From assembly GCF_009914755.1 (NCBI RefSeq), contig NC_060934.1: a stretch of DNA of 64,000 nucleotides; one strand, given 5' to 3'. This document shows, piece by piece, positions 1-21,785 of this stretch (the first letter of the stretch is position 1; the number at the start of each line of letters is the position of its first letter). Both the position numbers and the translations under genes were made by a program. A model generated the notes under the pieces. It was given only the letters and a program-made list of their open reading frames with translations, was not told the DNA's origin and did not search any database. The DNA comes from the human T2T-CHM13v2.0 reference genome, Homo sapiens.

Positions 1-578
1 CAAGTTAAGTCAAGCCCATGTTGGAAGACCACCAGGTAAACCACCGGCCATCCCAGGACCATAGCAGGCTTATCTTTTCAGTCTGTGGTGGCCCCTAGTA
101 CAAATCTAACCAGCCAGCCCATTCTGAAGGAGACCTAGACGAGAAACTTTCTACTTAAGGGGAGGGCATGAGATGGATTTTTCAGATCATTCACATTCTC
201 TGACTAACCTTTATCCTCTGGTCACAGCCTGGACCCCAAAATTGGCCAGAACCAGAAAGGCCGTTTGGCATGAAGACAACATACAGCATACACACACACG
301 AAAGGTTTAACAGAGAGTTCAGTAATTATAAAAATAACACAGTAGAAATAAAGCTCACTTATGAGAACTGAAGAAAAGATATAATGGCAAGAAAGAAAGA
401 ACCTCTACATGATAAAAGACTCCTAATATTCTCATTTCACAGACAACGTAGTTAAGGCTCAGTGAGATGAAGTGATTTGAAAGCTAGAAATAATCTTCTG
501 GAATCCACAAGAGTGTCAGTACTCATCATTCACTTAAGATTCCTGAATGTCAAGGAGTGAACAATCTATAAAACAAAT

Positions 579-1127
<549 letters not shown>

Positions 1128-1402
1128 TTAGAGACATCTGAAAAAACCAGGAAGCGTAAATAAAAGTTCCCATGAGAGCGCTATCCGAATGTTGCATATT
1201 TTTAGCACTGTATATATACTCTTGCTCTGTACAATGCCTTCCAAAGTAATTAAATCTCTAAGGTTGTTCTCACTCAAGGTGCACTTGATAAGAAGTTCAG
1301 GGCCCGGGCTCCTTAAGAACACAAGTGCTCCTAGTACCTGGTATAACTACCCTTTAAATCTATCTTTATGCTTTATCTTAAGAAGGCTGGCTGAGTTCAT
1401 AC

Positions 1403-2558
1403 CTTGGGTTTTCTTCCTGTTTTGCACGAACTCTGAGCGCCTCAGGGTGCTGGGTGCTGTGCGGCGGAGGCAACTATTCCTTCTCCAAGTCTCTGGGCCA
1501 TTTAATTTTTTCTCTTCCTCTAAATGCCAGATGTTCTTCTCTAATGACGAGCTCTGAGGAATCCCCAAATGATGTCCTCCTTGTTCTCCCCTGGTACACT
1601 GAGTCTGCAGACCATCCAGAAGGATCCTGCTGCCCCCATGTGCCTTTGTTCTTGGTATGTCAGTGCCATTATACTCCAAATTCTCCATTTGATGGAGAGA
1701 ATCTGTCCCTCTGGAATTACGAGATTTATATGCACAGTTTGCAAATAAAGCATCATAGCCTTTATTTTCTGTATCAAAATCACCCTGATCCATAATATGA
1801 GTCTTTGCTTTGGGATACATGTTGTCATTTTGATGAACATTCCTGTCCCCTTCATGGTATTTGATAAATTCCTTATCTTCATTGACACCATTCGAATCTG
1901 AAAAGCTCACAGGCTGACCATCAGGATAACTCCCAGGAACATGATATAAATTGCTGTGTTCTCTACAATAAAAATTAGTTGCCCAACAATCCTCAAGATT
2001 ATGGTTAACATTCTCATGGTCTATATACCACAACTGAGGTTGACCTAAATTCGCTGAAGAATCATCCAAACCCCTACAGTCAGTCAATTGTTCAGCTTTT
2101 TTAGAGTCCTCAGGATTATAATTCAGATTCTTACAGTCTGAGTAGCCATTTGCCTCCCCGTATCCACCAGCTTTCGAGGTCACATCTGGGCTTCTCGTAG
2201 GTGAATTATCCTTCGTCCCAGGGCTGAGACTCTCATAATCTACATTTTCTGGACTCCTATAACCATCATGACCTCCGTGGTACACACAGCCCTTTCCACT
2301 TTCATGTGCTTCCCCACAGTCCATATAGCTTGGTTCACTCTGTTCAAAATCCCAGTATCCACAATCCCTTTTTCTGTAGGGCTGATGCTGTCCCTTGGCC
2401 CAGTACCTGGGATCCAGGTCATTTTCTCTGTAGAGTCCATCCAGCACTGTAAGGTTCCTTTTCCGTACACTCCCGTAGTCTTCATACTCCCAGCTGGAGT
2501 CCCAGTGCCTTTTCTCCTCCACTTCCCTTTCTTTTCTAGCCTTCTGGGTTTCACACAT
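1403..2558 (-). CDS. DNMBP: Probable alternative first coding exon of DNMBP (385 codons + 1 nt), Tyr/Asp/Asn/Gly-rich disordered N-terminus
   Basis: 403-codon non-repeat ORF 1347..2558 on the gene strand. The ATG has A at -3 and an in-frame TAG two codons upstream. Donor CAAG|gtatga at 1403/1402 gives phase 1, the same as the 1992-nt exon. Splicing to the next exon is inferred because that exon lies outside the window. Confidence 0.75.
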
Positions 2559-4165
2559 ATTCTATGTGCTTAAAGACAAAGGTTTTACTATTCTTTTCCA
2601 TGGGCCTGGGCTGGGCTGTGGACAGGTGCAGTCTAGCCTAAGGCTGGATTTGTCCTGCTTAAAATGTCTCCCAAGCATTCCAGACACTCTTCTCGTTGCT
2701 CTAGTCGGAGCGCAGTGAGATGTGGAGTTATTTCAACCTCAGGATCCAATCAGCGAGCTACTCTATCTTTCTCCAGAGGCCAGAAGATAATGAGTAACTA
2801 GTATGCATGTGATTGGAGTTGCCAGCTTTGTTTGGTGTTTCCCTCAAGCTGGTCAAACTGGCTTGGCTGCTTTACTTGCTGAAGATAGAGGCATTCTGCT
2901 ACTCCAAAGGTTTTGCAGGAAAAGTCGTGTGAAAGAGAAACAGCACCCCTTTAGAAGTCCAGGTCAGGTCATATATCAGTCTCCCCCGCCTCTTTAATCC
3001 TTTAGTAAGCCACCAGGGGTATAAACAAGTGCTTTCCTTCTCAAGCTGCACCTCCATTCCCCATCCTCCAAGTCCACCTTTCTAATCCTTGAACATCTGA
3101 AACCTTTCAGGACTTCATCCCTTAACTTAGAGTCAGGACTCTTCTGACTGCTTTGCTTTTCTGGAATTGAAGTCACCAGTTAGTGTACACTCCAATCGCA
3201 AGCTGCTGAAGCTCCCACCTGCAGACAGTTAGTCATACGACTGAAGGAAGAAAAAGTACTTCCTTTTACTTTGATCTGGTGAGTAGGTGATTTTATAGCG
3301 TAAACATTCTTCCCAGAATGGAGTTAGGTATGCTTTCACATTTTCCCAGATACTTGTCATGCCAGGGAAGCATCAAAAACATTCATTTCTTAAACCTCTT
3401 TTCTAGTTAATTCATACAACATATTTAAGAAGTCGAAAATGAGGCCAGAAATCAAAAAGGCAGGTAAATGGCTATTTAAATCAACAAATATTAGATGGTT
3501 ACCTATCATAGAGGAGGCATTGTGGAACAGAAAAAGACAAACAAATTAGTCCCTGCCTCTTACAATGCAGAAGCAACACGCTTAAAGAAAGATCTAATGT
3601 GATAAGTGCTATGGAGCAAAGACAAACAGCAACAGCACCAAAGCAAAGTCCCTGGCATGGCAAGTTGAGGCTTCAGGGAAGCGGTTGGATGTGAACAGTG
3701 ACTTCTAGGAGAAGCAGGATCTCTGCAGACTTCACATATGGAGCACTAAGAAATGGGGAATCATCTGAAGGATATAATACGTGGAAAATAAGAGAGGAGG
3801 CTGAAGAGATAGGTTGGGGTGGACCCCAGAGGATGTCAATGACATTTATTTTATTCAATGGAAAGCAAAGAGTCATGAGGTTTTTGAGCAGGGGAAACAC
3901 ATGCTAAGAGACAGGCCTTAATAAGATTACTCTTTTAGCTGTCTGGTCATTTCTTAGATATCTAGGAATGATTCCTTGAACTTTAATCCTTATTTGTGAA
4001 ATAATATCCAGAACCCTGAGGAAAACTGCCTTATATGCTTTGTTAATAATTACATGTTTACTCTTGGGTAACTACTAATTCTCTCTGGAACTCAATCTAC
4101 CCATCAATAAAATGAGGCAGTTGGCCACAATGACTCCTCGGATTCCCCCAGCATGTTTCTAGATC

Positions 4166-8394
<4,229 letters not shown>

Positions 8395-10034
8395 CAATCC
8401 ATGTTTCTATTTTCCCTCACAACTTATTTTTGCTTTCCTCAAATACTTGATGTGCTATTACGTGCCTTTTGGATTCTTTACTGACTTACTGAATAAGCCT
8501 TTATTTATTTACTGGAGTTAGGGTCTTGCTCTGTTGCCCAGGCTGAAGTGAAGTGGTATGATCTAAGCTCACTGAAGCTTTGAACTCCTGGGCTCAAGGG
8601 AGCCTCCCACCTCAGCCTCCCTAGTAGCTGGGACTACAGGCATTTGTCACCATGCCCAGCCAAAATGAAACTCTAGATTGTCAAACCTTCTTTTATTTCT
8701 TATTCTTTGAGACAGAGTGTTACTCTGTCACCCAGGCTGGAGTGCAGTGGCATGATCTTGGCTCACTGCAACCTCTCCATCTCCAGGGTTCAAGAGATTG
8801 TCCTGCCTCAGCCTCCCAAGTAGCTGAGATTACAGGTGCCCGCCACCACGCCCAGCTAATTTTTATATTTTTCAGTAGAGACGGGGTTTCACCATGTTGG
8901 CCAGGCTGGTCTTGAACTCCTGAACTCCTGACCTGATCACTCCTCAAGTGATCCGCCCACCTTGGCCTCCCAAAGTGCTGGGACTACAGGTGCACCAGAC
9001 CCAAACGAACCTCTATATTGTCAAAACTTCTGATGTCCACTTGTTCTGGTCCCTTGTACCTCCTCAACCAACAGCAGCAGCAGCAACAGCCCAGGCAGCT
9101 ACCATGTTTTCAGTGTGTACTATGGGCTACGATCAGCACTAGGAAGATGGTAGAGGTTTTCCATTTTCACTACCCTCCAAGGAGGGTATTTATTATACTT
9201 GTTTTACCACAGATAAAGAAACAATCTGCGAGTGTGAATAACCTGTCCAAGATCACATAAACTAGTACATGGCAGGGCCACAGTTTGAACCCAGATCTGT
9301 TTGATTTCATGGCACTAGACTAAGAAGAATATCTAAAAACACAGTAAATCTTAATTTCCCTCAAACCAAGTGAACAAACAAATAGAAAGTATCCTGGCCT
9401 AATTCAAAAGTGGACCACTACCGAGGCAAGCCATGTACACCCCAACACCACCATTCTCTCTTTGTTTCCAGTCCTGGCCGACCAACCCTGCCCTCAGCTG
9501 GGCCTCACCAGCCAACCACCATGAGCACACAGAATGGCAGTGACACACAAGACAGCCCAGCACTGAGTGACTCAGTCATTACAACCTATCACCTAAACCC
9601 AACAAAGATTGTGACTTGGTTCACCAAACCAATAGGAAGTCAACATTATTCGGGAGGACAGCTTTCACCACAAGTTAAAACAGAGCAACAGTGTAACAGA
9701 GAGAGCACTGGAGACCAAATGAGGAAATGACACCTGCCTTCTAGAAGTTCAATTTCTGCTAATAACCAGTTTTCAGGTATGATTACCCTCTTTGGCTGTC
9801 ACTTTCCTATGTAGGAAATGTGGACATTAATGATTTCTCTGCCACTTTAAGTCTACAATTCTATGATCTTGCTTATTTCTAATCCAATTAAAAGATTAAA
9901 CTTTCTCTGTTATGGAAAACAAAGTTCACTAGCAACTTGATATCTTTGATAAAGCTAGCAAGATAAGAAAAATACACCTAATCAACCAAGAGAAGAGATA
10001 AAAAGAGAGGACTAAATTGTAGGTAAGGATCCTA

Positions 10035-10187
<153 letters not shown>

Positions 10188-11210
10188 TTAGCTGGGTGTG
10201 GTGGCAGGATCTGTAATCCCAGCTACTCAGGAGGCTGAGGCAGGAGAATCGCTTGAGCCTGGGAGGCGGAGGTTGCAGTGAGCCAAGATGGGTGCCACTG
10301 CATTCCAGCCTCGGTGACACAGTGAGACTCCATCTCAAAAAATAAAAAAAAGAAATTATAGTTGGGCAAGTGGAGAGTGAACAGTTGGTTACAAAAGGGG
10401 GCTTCCCCCACCCTTTCTAAGTCCGATTGCCTTTAGGACTTTAAAGATAAGCAGTTTGCATAAAGAGGTAAACTCCCTCAGCTTTATCTCCACACTACTA
10501 TGACTCAGATCTAAACAAAAGCTGTGAATAGGTTGCCATTTTTGAGTAATAAATCTGTGTACAGAGAAAGTGGCCGAGGAAAGAGGGAGGATGACTTTTC
10601 TACTTTTCTCAATGGTAGGACTGCTGGTGAAATAGAACCCTGTAGACAACCATCCCTCCTTCAGCACCCCCTCTCACTTTACACAACAGTCACACTCCAC
10701 TGGCTCTTTTCAGCAGTCCTGAAGCACCACCTCACCGTGATGTTTGCTATTTGCTCCTAGTGGGTGGGCCATCATGACTATCTGTGTGATGCCCAGAGTG
10801 GATAGACTGCCACCTATTCTAGAAGTGAGGATGGAGAAGTAGGATTTGGAAGGAGAGAGAAGAGACAGAGAAGGTAGAAGAAGGGTAAAGGAAAAAAGGG
10901 AGAAAAGTGTGCCAAAAAAAAAAAGAGCAAGAATATGTAACTCCCTAAACTTTTGTGGATTCCTCTGTGACTGCCCATGTTGTTGCTCCACTGAGGGTCA
11001 ACAACTCCTCACTCTCTAGGACTCTGCCCAGTGACATTCTGATTCCTACAGTTCTTGCTATTTTCCAGAGAACCTTGCAAATATCTCTCTTGGCTAACCT
11101 ATGCTGTTACTTCATTATACTTGCTTACCTCCTTTTATTATACTGAAAGTTCCTTGAGGGCTAGGATGGTCTAACTTGTCTTCCTATCTCTAGCACAGCT
11201 CTGTAGATGG

Positions 11211-11939
11211 TAAAACCTCTTTGCAAAAATTATAACACTGAGAAAATTATAACAGTGAGAAAATTACAACAATGAAAGAGATTGGATCTAAACAACCCTC
11301 ATCTTGTCTTTAACCTCCAAACTGTCCTTGATCACTCCCGGGCTTGGCCTAAGCCAACTGTGGGAGAAATTTAGTTTACAGTTGAAATGGAAATAGCCCT
11401 TCCACTTTCTAAAACTAAACCACTTTTGTAAAACTAATGAAAGATCACCAAGTCAGAAGGATGAGAGGAGCCTAATTCTGCTAAGATATAGACATAAAGG
11501 ATTACTAGCCATTATTTAGAAGGTAACAAGATTTGCAACTTCCGCAATCACCCCTGCAGATAACGCCATTACTGTAGAACCTAAGATTAATCTTTTGAGA
11601 TGTCTTTTCAGGCTTTTGCATTTCTGAGGACTGATGGCTCCACCTGGACCTGCCAACCAGTCCTGTGGTCCCACCCAGAAAGGGACTTGGTACAGGAGGA
11701 CCACTGTCCACATCCCTATGGTTGCATCCGCAACCAATCAGCAGCACCCATTCCCCTAGCCCCCTGGCCACTAAACTGCCCTGGAAAAACCTCTGCATTT
11801 TTTAGACTGATTTGAGTAGTAACTCCATCTCCCACATGGAGTGGCCAGCTGCATGTCAATCACTCTTTCTTCATGCAATGGCCTCAGTGAATTGGTTTTG
11901 TTTGTGCAGTGGGCAGGAAGAACCCATTGGGTGATTACA
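11211..11939 (+). mobile_element. Solo ERV1 LTR, LTR8/LTR8A-like
   Basis: Starts TAAAACCTCTTTGCAAAAATTATAAC and ends AACCCATTGGGTGATTACA, as in the recalled LTR8-family consensus. Perfect 4-bp TSD ATGG (11207-11210 / 11940-11943). Three degenerate 17-bp tandem units lie near the 5' end. Confidence 0.8.
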
Positions 11940-12019
11940 ATGGGGTACACAGTAGGTATTTAAATGTTTAATGAATCAATGCATGTAGCATTTATTTGGC
12001 ACATGCTAGATGCTAGGTA

Positions 12020-14190
<2,171 letters not shown>

Positions 14191-14970
14191 TGATGACTGT
14201 CCTGTCTTTTGGGTCTTATTACATCTGGTAAAGTGAACAGTAAAAGGCAGCAAGCAGCTCAGGTAGGGGTGTGATGGTGGGAACACTCGCAACTAAGGGT
14301 CTCAGGCTATCTGAAGATGAATTATTTTCCTGTACCATGCTGCAAAGCCTCAGTGAAATCTGAAACCAATACTTAAGTACCTCAATGCATTCCAGCTTCT
14401 TCACCCTGTGCCTGGAGCTGAGAGTGCGAAAATGTTCACAAGGCCATCCTACAAACTGCTAAGAACAGTGACTCACAGGTCAATTACACCTCAGTTCACC
14501 ATTCTAAGCTACATTTCTTGACATACATTCAACCATCCATCCTAAAATCAGAAACTAGTTTCTCTCCTGACTTAACATAGCCTATTAACGGGTTCTGATG
14601 ATGGCTGCTGTCTTATACTAGGATAAAATCCTTTAGAAGTAACTCTGAGCTCATTTTTACTGAGCCAAAACCCTCAACCAGATGTTACACAAGTTGAAGA
14701 TACTTGCTTTTTTCCTACATACTGACAAACTAGAAAGAAAGATTATTATTTCCTTTACATAAACTTTCATTATCTTGAAAGACCACAGAATGGGCCAGGT
14801 GTGGTGGCTTACACCTGTAATCCCAGCACTTTGGGAGGCTGAGGGGGGGGCGGATCACCTGAGGTCAGGCGTTCGAGACTAGCCTGGCCAACATGGCAAA
14901 GCCCAGTCTCTACTAAAAATACAAAAATTAGCTGGGCATGGTGGCGGGCACCTGTAATCTCAGTTACTTA

Positions 14971-15075
<105 letters not shown>

Positions 15076-15250
15076 TCAAAAAAAACCAACAAAAAAAAAA
15101 AACACAGAATGATTTGGCTATTTAATTCTATTATCTGTTACTAGTTTGAGAAGGAATTCTTGTGTGTGGTTTTTTGTTTGTTTGTTTGTTTGTTTGTTTT
15201 TTTGAGACAGTTTCACTCTGTCACCCAGGTTGGAGTGTGGAGTGCAATGA

Positions 15251-15472
<222 letters not shown>

Positions 15473-17695
15473 TGAGCCACCATGCCCGGCTGAGAAATAA
15501 TTCTTATACCTAAGGGATTCCAAGGAGGCTGCAGAATGACAAATTGCTTCTGCGTATAAAACAGTTACACTTTAAAATTTTAAAAATCTGTCTAGAATAT
15601 TACGTATCACTTTAGTATAAAGACGTTATTGTTCCATATCAGTCATTCTCCAGCTTGTTAATCTACTGGCTGTCTTTAGTGCATCTTAGATGCTACCCAG
15701 TAGACTGGGGAAATATTATTTTCCTGAAAAACATGTTCTGATTTAATTTGCAACAGACATCACTGAAAATTACTTGTAGAGTCTCTGGTCAACCTTCCTT
15801 TGACATTATCTTAAAGGCCAAAAAGAGGAAAGTTGAGGAGCAAGGTTCCTGACTCACTCTGTAGTTTGGCATCCATTGCACTGATTTAGAACAATGGGGT
15901 TCCGGAACTGACCCACACCGAAAGTAGCCATTGGTCATGATTCCAAGGCAGCAGGAAAGAGCATAATTAGCTGTAGAGGTCAATATCAATATGATCACTG
16001 GGGTTTCAAACACACATAAATATGAATGATAATATGACTATGTTTTTTTAAATTAATCAACGTGTAGCCAGTGCCTGGCTCATCATGTGTGCTCAAGAAA
16101 TATACACTGAATAAAGAAATGAATGCACACCCTCTTTTCAAATTCAGGTGTGTGAACCTCACCAAGAGATAGGGTAGCACTAGGTAGTCCTGATCAGAGC
16201 TTCTAAAAATAATATGTACTGGGAAACCTGAAAGTCTGAGAACTACCTCTTAATGTTTCTACTGCTTTGCAAGTCAACCTGTTCAGACTTGAAGGTAGTG
16301 TGCTTGAGATCTGAACCTTAACTTGTTAATTAGCAACTCATTTGACTGGTAGCTCCTTGAGACCAGCGAGCACATCTATAATGTTCATCGCTATGTACCC
16401 AGCCCTTAGCACAGTGCCTGGCACATGGTAAAAATAAATTGAGTATTTCCTGGATGAATGAGTGATTGACCTGAATACCACACGGAAGCCCACAAAATGA
16501 TGTTTCATTCCCAACACACAGCAATCATAAATACTGTCTAGTATTCTACCCTGACTCTAGATGATAATTCCAAATTTAAAACTCCTAATTCTCAGTTACA
16601 GCCAAAGACTGGCTTATCTAAAACTAATACTGGACTTTTTATTTCCAATAATTGAAGTCTACATTATTTGGATCAGTCTCTCATAGAAAAAAAAAATCTT
16701 TAAAATAGAAATCTAAAAGGAGACCTTTTCTGTAATAAGCTAAGATCCTAAAGAACTCCCGAGGGTAAATCAGAATTGGGCCAGCCCTCTTGCTAAATTA
16801 CAGCTGAGTTCCGATACCTTGGTCATCCAAGGTACAAGGTACACTGAGCCTTGAAATTGGTTTAAGTTGGACCTGGGCTGAGAATGACTAGTGTTTGTTT
16901 CCATGTGGAAATTCCTTCTCAGCATTTCTTAGGAAATTTATATGTCTTTCTAAATCAAAAACAAAAAAAACAAAAAAAATCAGCTGAGGACTCTAGGAAA
17001 CGAGAGAAGGTACTAGGATTCTCCTGAGAGAATAAAGCCTAACAATAAATGCAGAGACATTAAGAGTTTAAAGAAATCCACCAATGTCAAGTTGACGCAA
17101 GAGCAGAGAATACTGGCACGCGGAGTAAAATGTTACAAGGTGACATTTCTGGGAATGAGGACAAGAGTGGGTAGGAGGGCCAGGGTCTAATCAGTTAGCT
17201 TTGCTCATAGTTGTTGCTATGTAATACATGTGTTTAGAAGAGTGTGTGCTCATGGCCCCGTGTGTTGCCAACAGTGAGTCATTCTTGCAAATAAAATAAA
17301 GATTAATAAGCTTACTTGTATAGTATGCTTTATACAGATCTTATAAGGGTAGTCTAAGAAATAAAGTTTTGCAAACAAAGTAAGTCCTTAGCAATTCTGA
17401 CACATGATTCTGTACAGTGCTAAATCTTGCTCAGAGAGGCAAATGTTCCATTATTTGAAAACCACCCAGTAATGTTTGTCCAGTGTTTTCCACTGCTTAA
17501 TATTTGCTATATAGTTCTTTATAAATGTTTTAACAGAAGAAATACAAAAGAGATGTGAATATTGCTGTGAAATATCCCTACACAAAATCAGGAACATATC
17601 TAAAATCTGAATTAGCACAAGCAATATCAATTTCAATGGCAAAGCCAAAATCAGAAGAAGCAGAAAAAATGTTTTCAACATTAAAAAGAAAATGA

Positions 17696-17875
<180 letters not shown>

Positions 17876-18199
17876 TGAGATTACAGGTGCACACCACTAT
17901 GCCCTGCTAATTTTTTGTATTTTTAGTAGAGACAGGGTTTCACCATGTTGGCCAGGCTGGTCTCAAATTCCTGACCTCAAGTCATCCATCCGCCTCGGCC
18001 TCCCAGAGTGCTGGGATTACAGGCATGAGCCACTGAGCCCAGCTCCGGAAATGCTTTTGAATACACACTTAACAATTCCACCAACATCAACATAAAATGA
18101 AAACCTTTTTTTGATGTATGAAATATTAGTCACAAAACAAAGATCAACACTATCAGATAGAGCAACTAATGCTCTGTGTATTTAAAATACTATTTAAAG

Positions 18200-19528
18200 G
18201 CATGTAAACCAATGGAACAGAACAGAAAATCCAGAAATAGAGCTGCACACCTACAACCAAGTAATCTTCAACAAAGTTGACCAAAATAAGCAATGGGGAA
18301 CGAATTCTCTATACAATAAATGGTACTGGAAAAACTAACCATATGCAGAAGAATGAAACTGGACTTCCATCTCTCACCATATACAAAAATTAACTCAAGA
18401 TGGATTAAAGACTTACATGTAAGGTCTCAAACTACACAAATCCTTGAATAAAACCTAGTTAACACTCTTCTAGACATTGGCTTAGGCAACCTGCAACAAA
18501 AACAAAAACTGACAACTGGAACCCAATTAAACTAAAGAGCTTCTGTACAGCAAAACAAACTATCAACAGAGTAAACAGACAACCTACAGACTGGGAAAAA
18601 CTATATGTAAACTATGCATCCAACAAAGGCCTAACATCTAGAATTTATAAGGAACTTAACAAGAAAAAAAACAACCCCCCTAAACACTGGGCACAGGACA
18701 TGAACTGACACTTCTCAAAAGAAGACATACAAGTGGCCAACAAATATATGAAAAAAATGCTTAACATCGCTAATCATCAGAGAAGTGCAAATCAAAACCA
18801 AATGAGAAACCATCTTACACCAGTCAGAATGGGTATTAAAGTAAAAAAATAACAGATATGTTGGCATGGTTGTAGAGAAAAGGGAACACTTATACACTGT
18901 TAGTGGGAATGTAAATTAGTTCAGCCCCTGTGGAAAGCAGTTTGGAGATTTCTTAAGGGGCTAAAAGTAGAACTATCATTCGACTTAGCAATCCCAGTAT
19001 TGGGTATATGCCCAAAGGGAAATTCTTCTACCAAAAACACACCTGCACTCAGCTGACTCCAGCACTATTCACTACAGCAAAGACATGAAATCAACTTAGG
19101 TGCCTATCAACAGTGGACTGGATAAAGAAATCCTGGTATATATACACCATAAAATAGTATGTAGCCACAAAATAGAATGAAATCATGTCCTTTGCAGCAA
19201 CATGGATGCAGCTGGAGGCCAGTATCCTAAGAAAATTAAGGCTGAAGCAGAAAACCAAATATTGCATGTTTTCACTTATAAGTGGGAGCTACACACTGGG
19301 TACACATGGACATAAAGATAGGAACAACAGACACTGGGGACTACAGGACAATGGAGGGAGGGAGGGAGGGAGGGAGGCAAAGGTTGAAAAACTGCCTATT
19401 AGGTACTATGTTCTCTTACACAGGTGATGGGATCAATTGAAGCCCAAACCTCAGCATTACACAATATACCCTTGTAACAAATCTGCATATGTACTCCCTG
19501 AATCTAACATTTAAAAGTTAAAATAAAA
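18200..19528 (+). mobile_element. 5'-truncated L1 (ORF2 C-terminal remnant + 3'UTR, L1PB/L1MA-like)
   Basis: Typical L1 ORF2 sequence (CCAATGGAACAGAA..., AACTAAAGAGCTTCTG, TCCTTTGCAGCAACATGGATGCAGCTGGAGG) and an A-rich end. Degenerate flanking repeat AAAATACTATTTAAAG / AAAATTCTATTTTAAG. Confidence 0.88.
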
Positions 19529-20424
19529 TTCTATTTTAAGAGTAATTTAAAATACTAAATATTTGTGGTATTTCTTTCAATTTTTAAATAGTTCTTGACA
19601 TTTATCTTGTACTAATGCTCTTTTAATGTTTTACATTATCACATTAATTTTCTGATTTTATAAATCTTCTATAGGTGTGTAAGATATTAAGGTTAGGAGA
19701 AGCTGAGCGAAGTATATGGAAGCTCTTATTTTTGCAGCTTTCTATAAATCTAAAATTATTTAAAAATGAAATTTAAGAATGTTTTTACGATGTTGATGAT
19801 AGGGGAAGCTATGTATGTGTGGGGGCACGGGATATGGGAAATCTCTGTACCTTCCTTTCAATGTTGCTGTTAATCTAAAACAGCTCTTACAAAAAACAAG
19901 TCCTTTAAAAAAGTCTATTATCAGGTAGAGAATATTTTTACATGTTATTAAAATATATAATCATATCACGACATTGTGGCTCACAACAACAAACCGTGCA
20001 TTTATCATACACAAATATAAAACCTCTGAAAATGTTAGTGTAATACTAGCACAGGAAAACTTGTCATCTTTGATTATGATCTCTACTACTATTCAAGAAT
20101 GTGTAAGTAAAAGTTTTTTAAAATACAAGGTTATAATTTAGGAACTCCCAGGAATTCCAACTTCTTACTCCTGAATCTCAAATATTATTATCCTTCAGGA
20201 ATTTGGAAACATTAGTTGACTACAAACAACTGACAGAAACAAATGCAAATTCTTTCTAGAGTTCAGGTGTCTTCACCTCAACTCTTAAGATTTTCCAAAT
20301 ACTATGACCAGCACACAGTAAGATAATCAGACACACAAAGAGCCTAGACCACAAAAATGAGAACCCATGTGACATCAAAAACAGTCCCACTAACACTGAA
20401 TATCTTGGAATCATACACAGACTA

Positions 20425-20748
<324 letters not shown>

Positions 20749-20755
20749 TCAAAAA

Positions 20756-20790
<35 letters not shown>

Positions 20791-21785
20791 ATGCAGAGTT
20801 TTAAGAAGAGGCAGTAGCTACACTAAAAACCTCACTGTGGGTCTGGCACAGCACTGGTCTGACAAGGGGCCTGCCATCTCTGCACTGATTCCCAGGTCCC
20901 AAGTAGACCAGTTCAAAGTAACAACAGAAGTAGGAGATCTCTGAAAACTCTGGGAGGTAGAGCAGGCAATTCAATTCAAATCAATTCAGTTAAACTCAAC
21001 TCCCTTCATTAGGTATTTGAGTCCCTACTATGTATAGAACATCATACCAGGTGTGTGGGAAATGACACACTGAATAATAGATAAAACCTGTCTTCTCAGT
21101 AAGCATATTAACAACTAAATATAATATTGATCAGAATTAGATAAATGTTATATTGAAAGTTCTTTAAATCTTAGGCCTTAAATTTTAAAATTATAACTTA
21201 TACAGAACCAGATTAGAGAAGTAATGCCTGGTGCTCAAACTGGTTAATTTCCACCTCTTGAGGGATAGCTTATATTGTTGGATACACCTTTTATGAAGAC
21301 AGAAAAAAATGACCTTATGAGAAATTGGCTGTTACTGCAAGGAATAAGTAATTTTATCATATTAGCAATAGATATTATCAAAACACCTTTTGAGAAATCA
21401 ATCAAATCAACATTAACATACCCAATACTGTATTTGGTGGATTCAAATTTTACAAAGTCTTCCCGAAATAGACTACACCCACATTAAGTCTTTCACAGCA
21501 CTAAACAGCAATTTTTTTAAAAAGTCAGAACACTTGCTGAATAAACTAATTCTGAAAATGAAGGTCTGGTGAATAAAAAAGAACACCAGTTTTATGTAGT
21601 ACCAGTCCATTTACCCATTTAAAAACACTGCACACACAAAAAATAAAAATAAAAACACTGCAGTGTTCTTAAGCACAGAAGACATAACATTTTCCATGGA
21701 ACACTATTAATTCTAAAAAGTACCATTACTGGGAAATTCCTGCTACCTGAAATTTGGGAGTCTTTTATTCTCCCACCTATATATT

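Noticed and set aside
9067-9090. Short CAA/CAG run (polyQ-like)
   Set aside because: Only ~7 interrupted units, intronic, with no supported exon.
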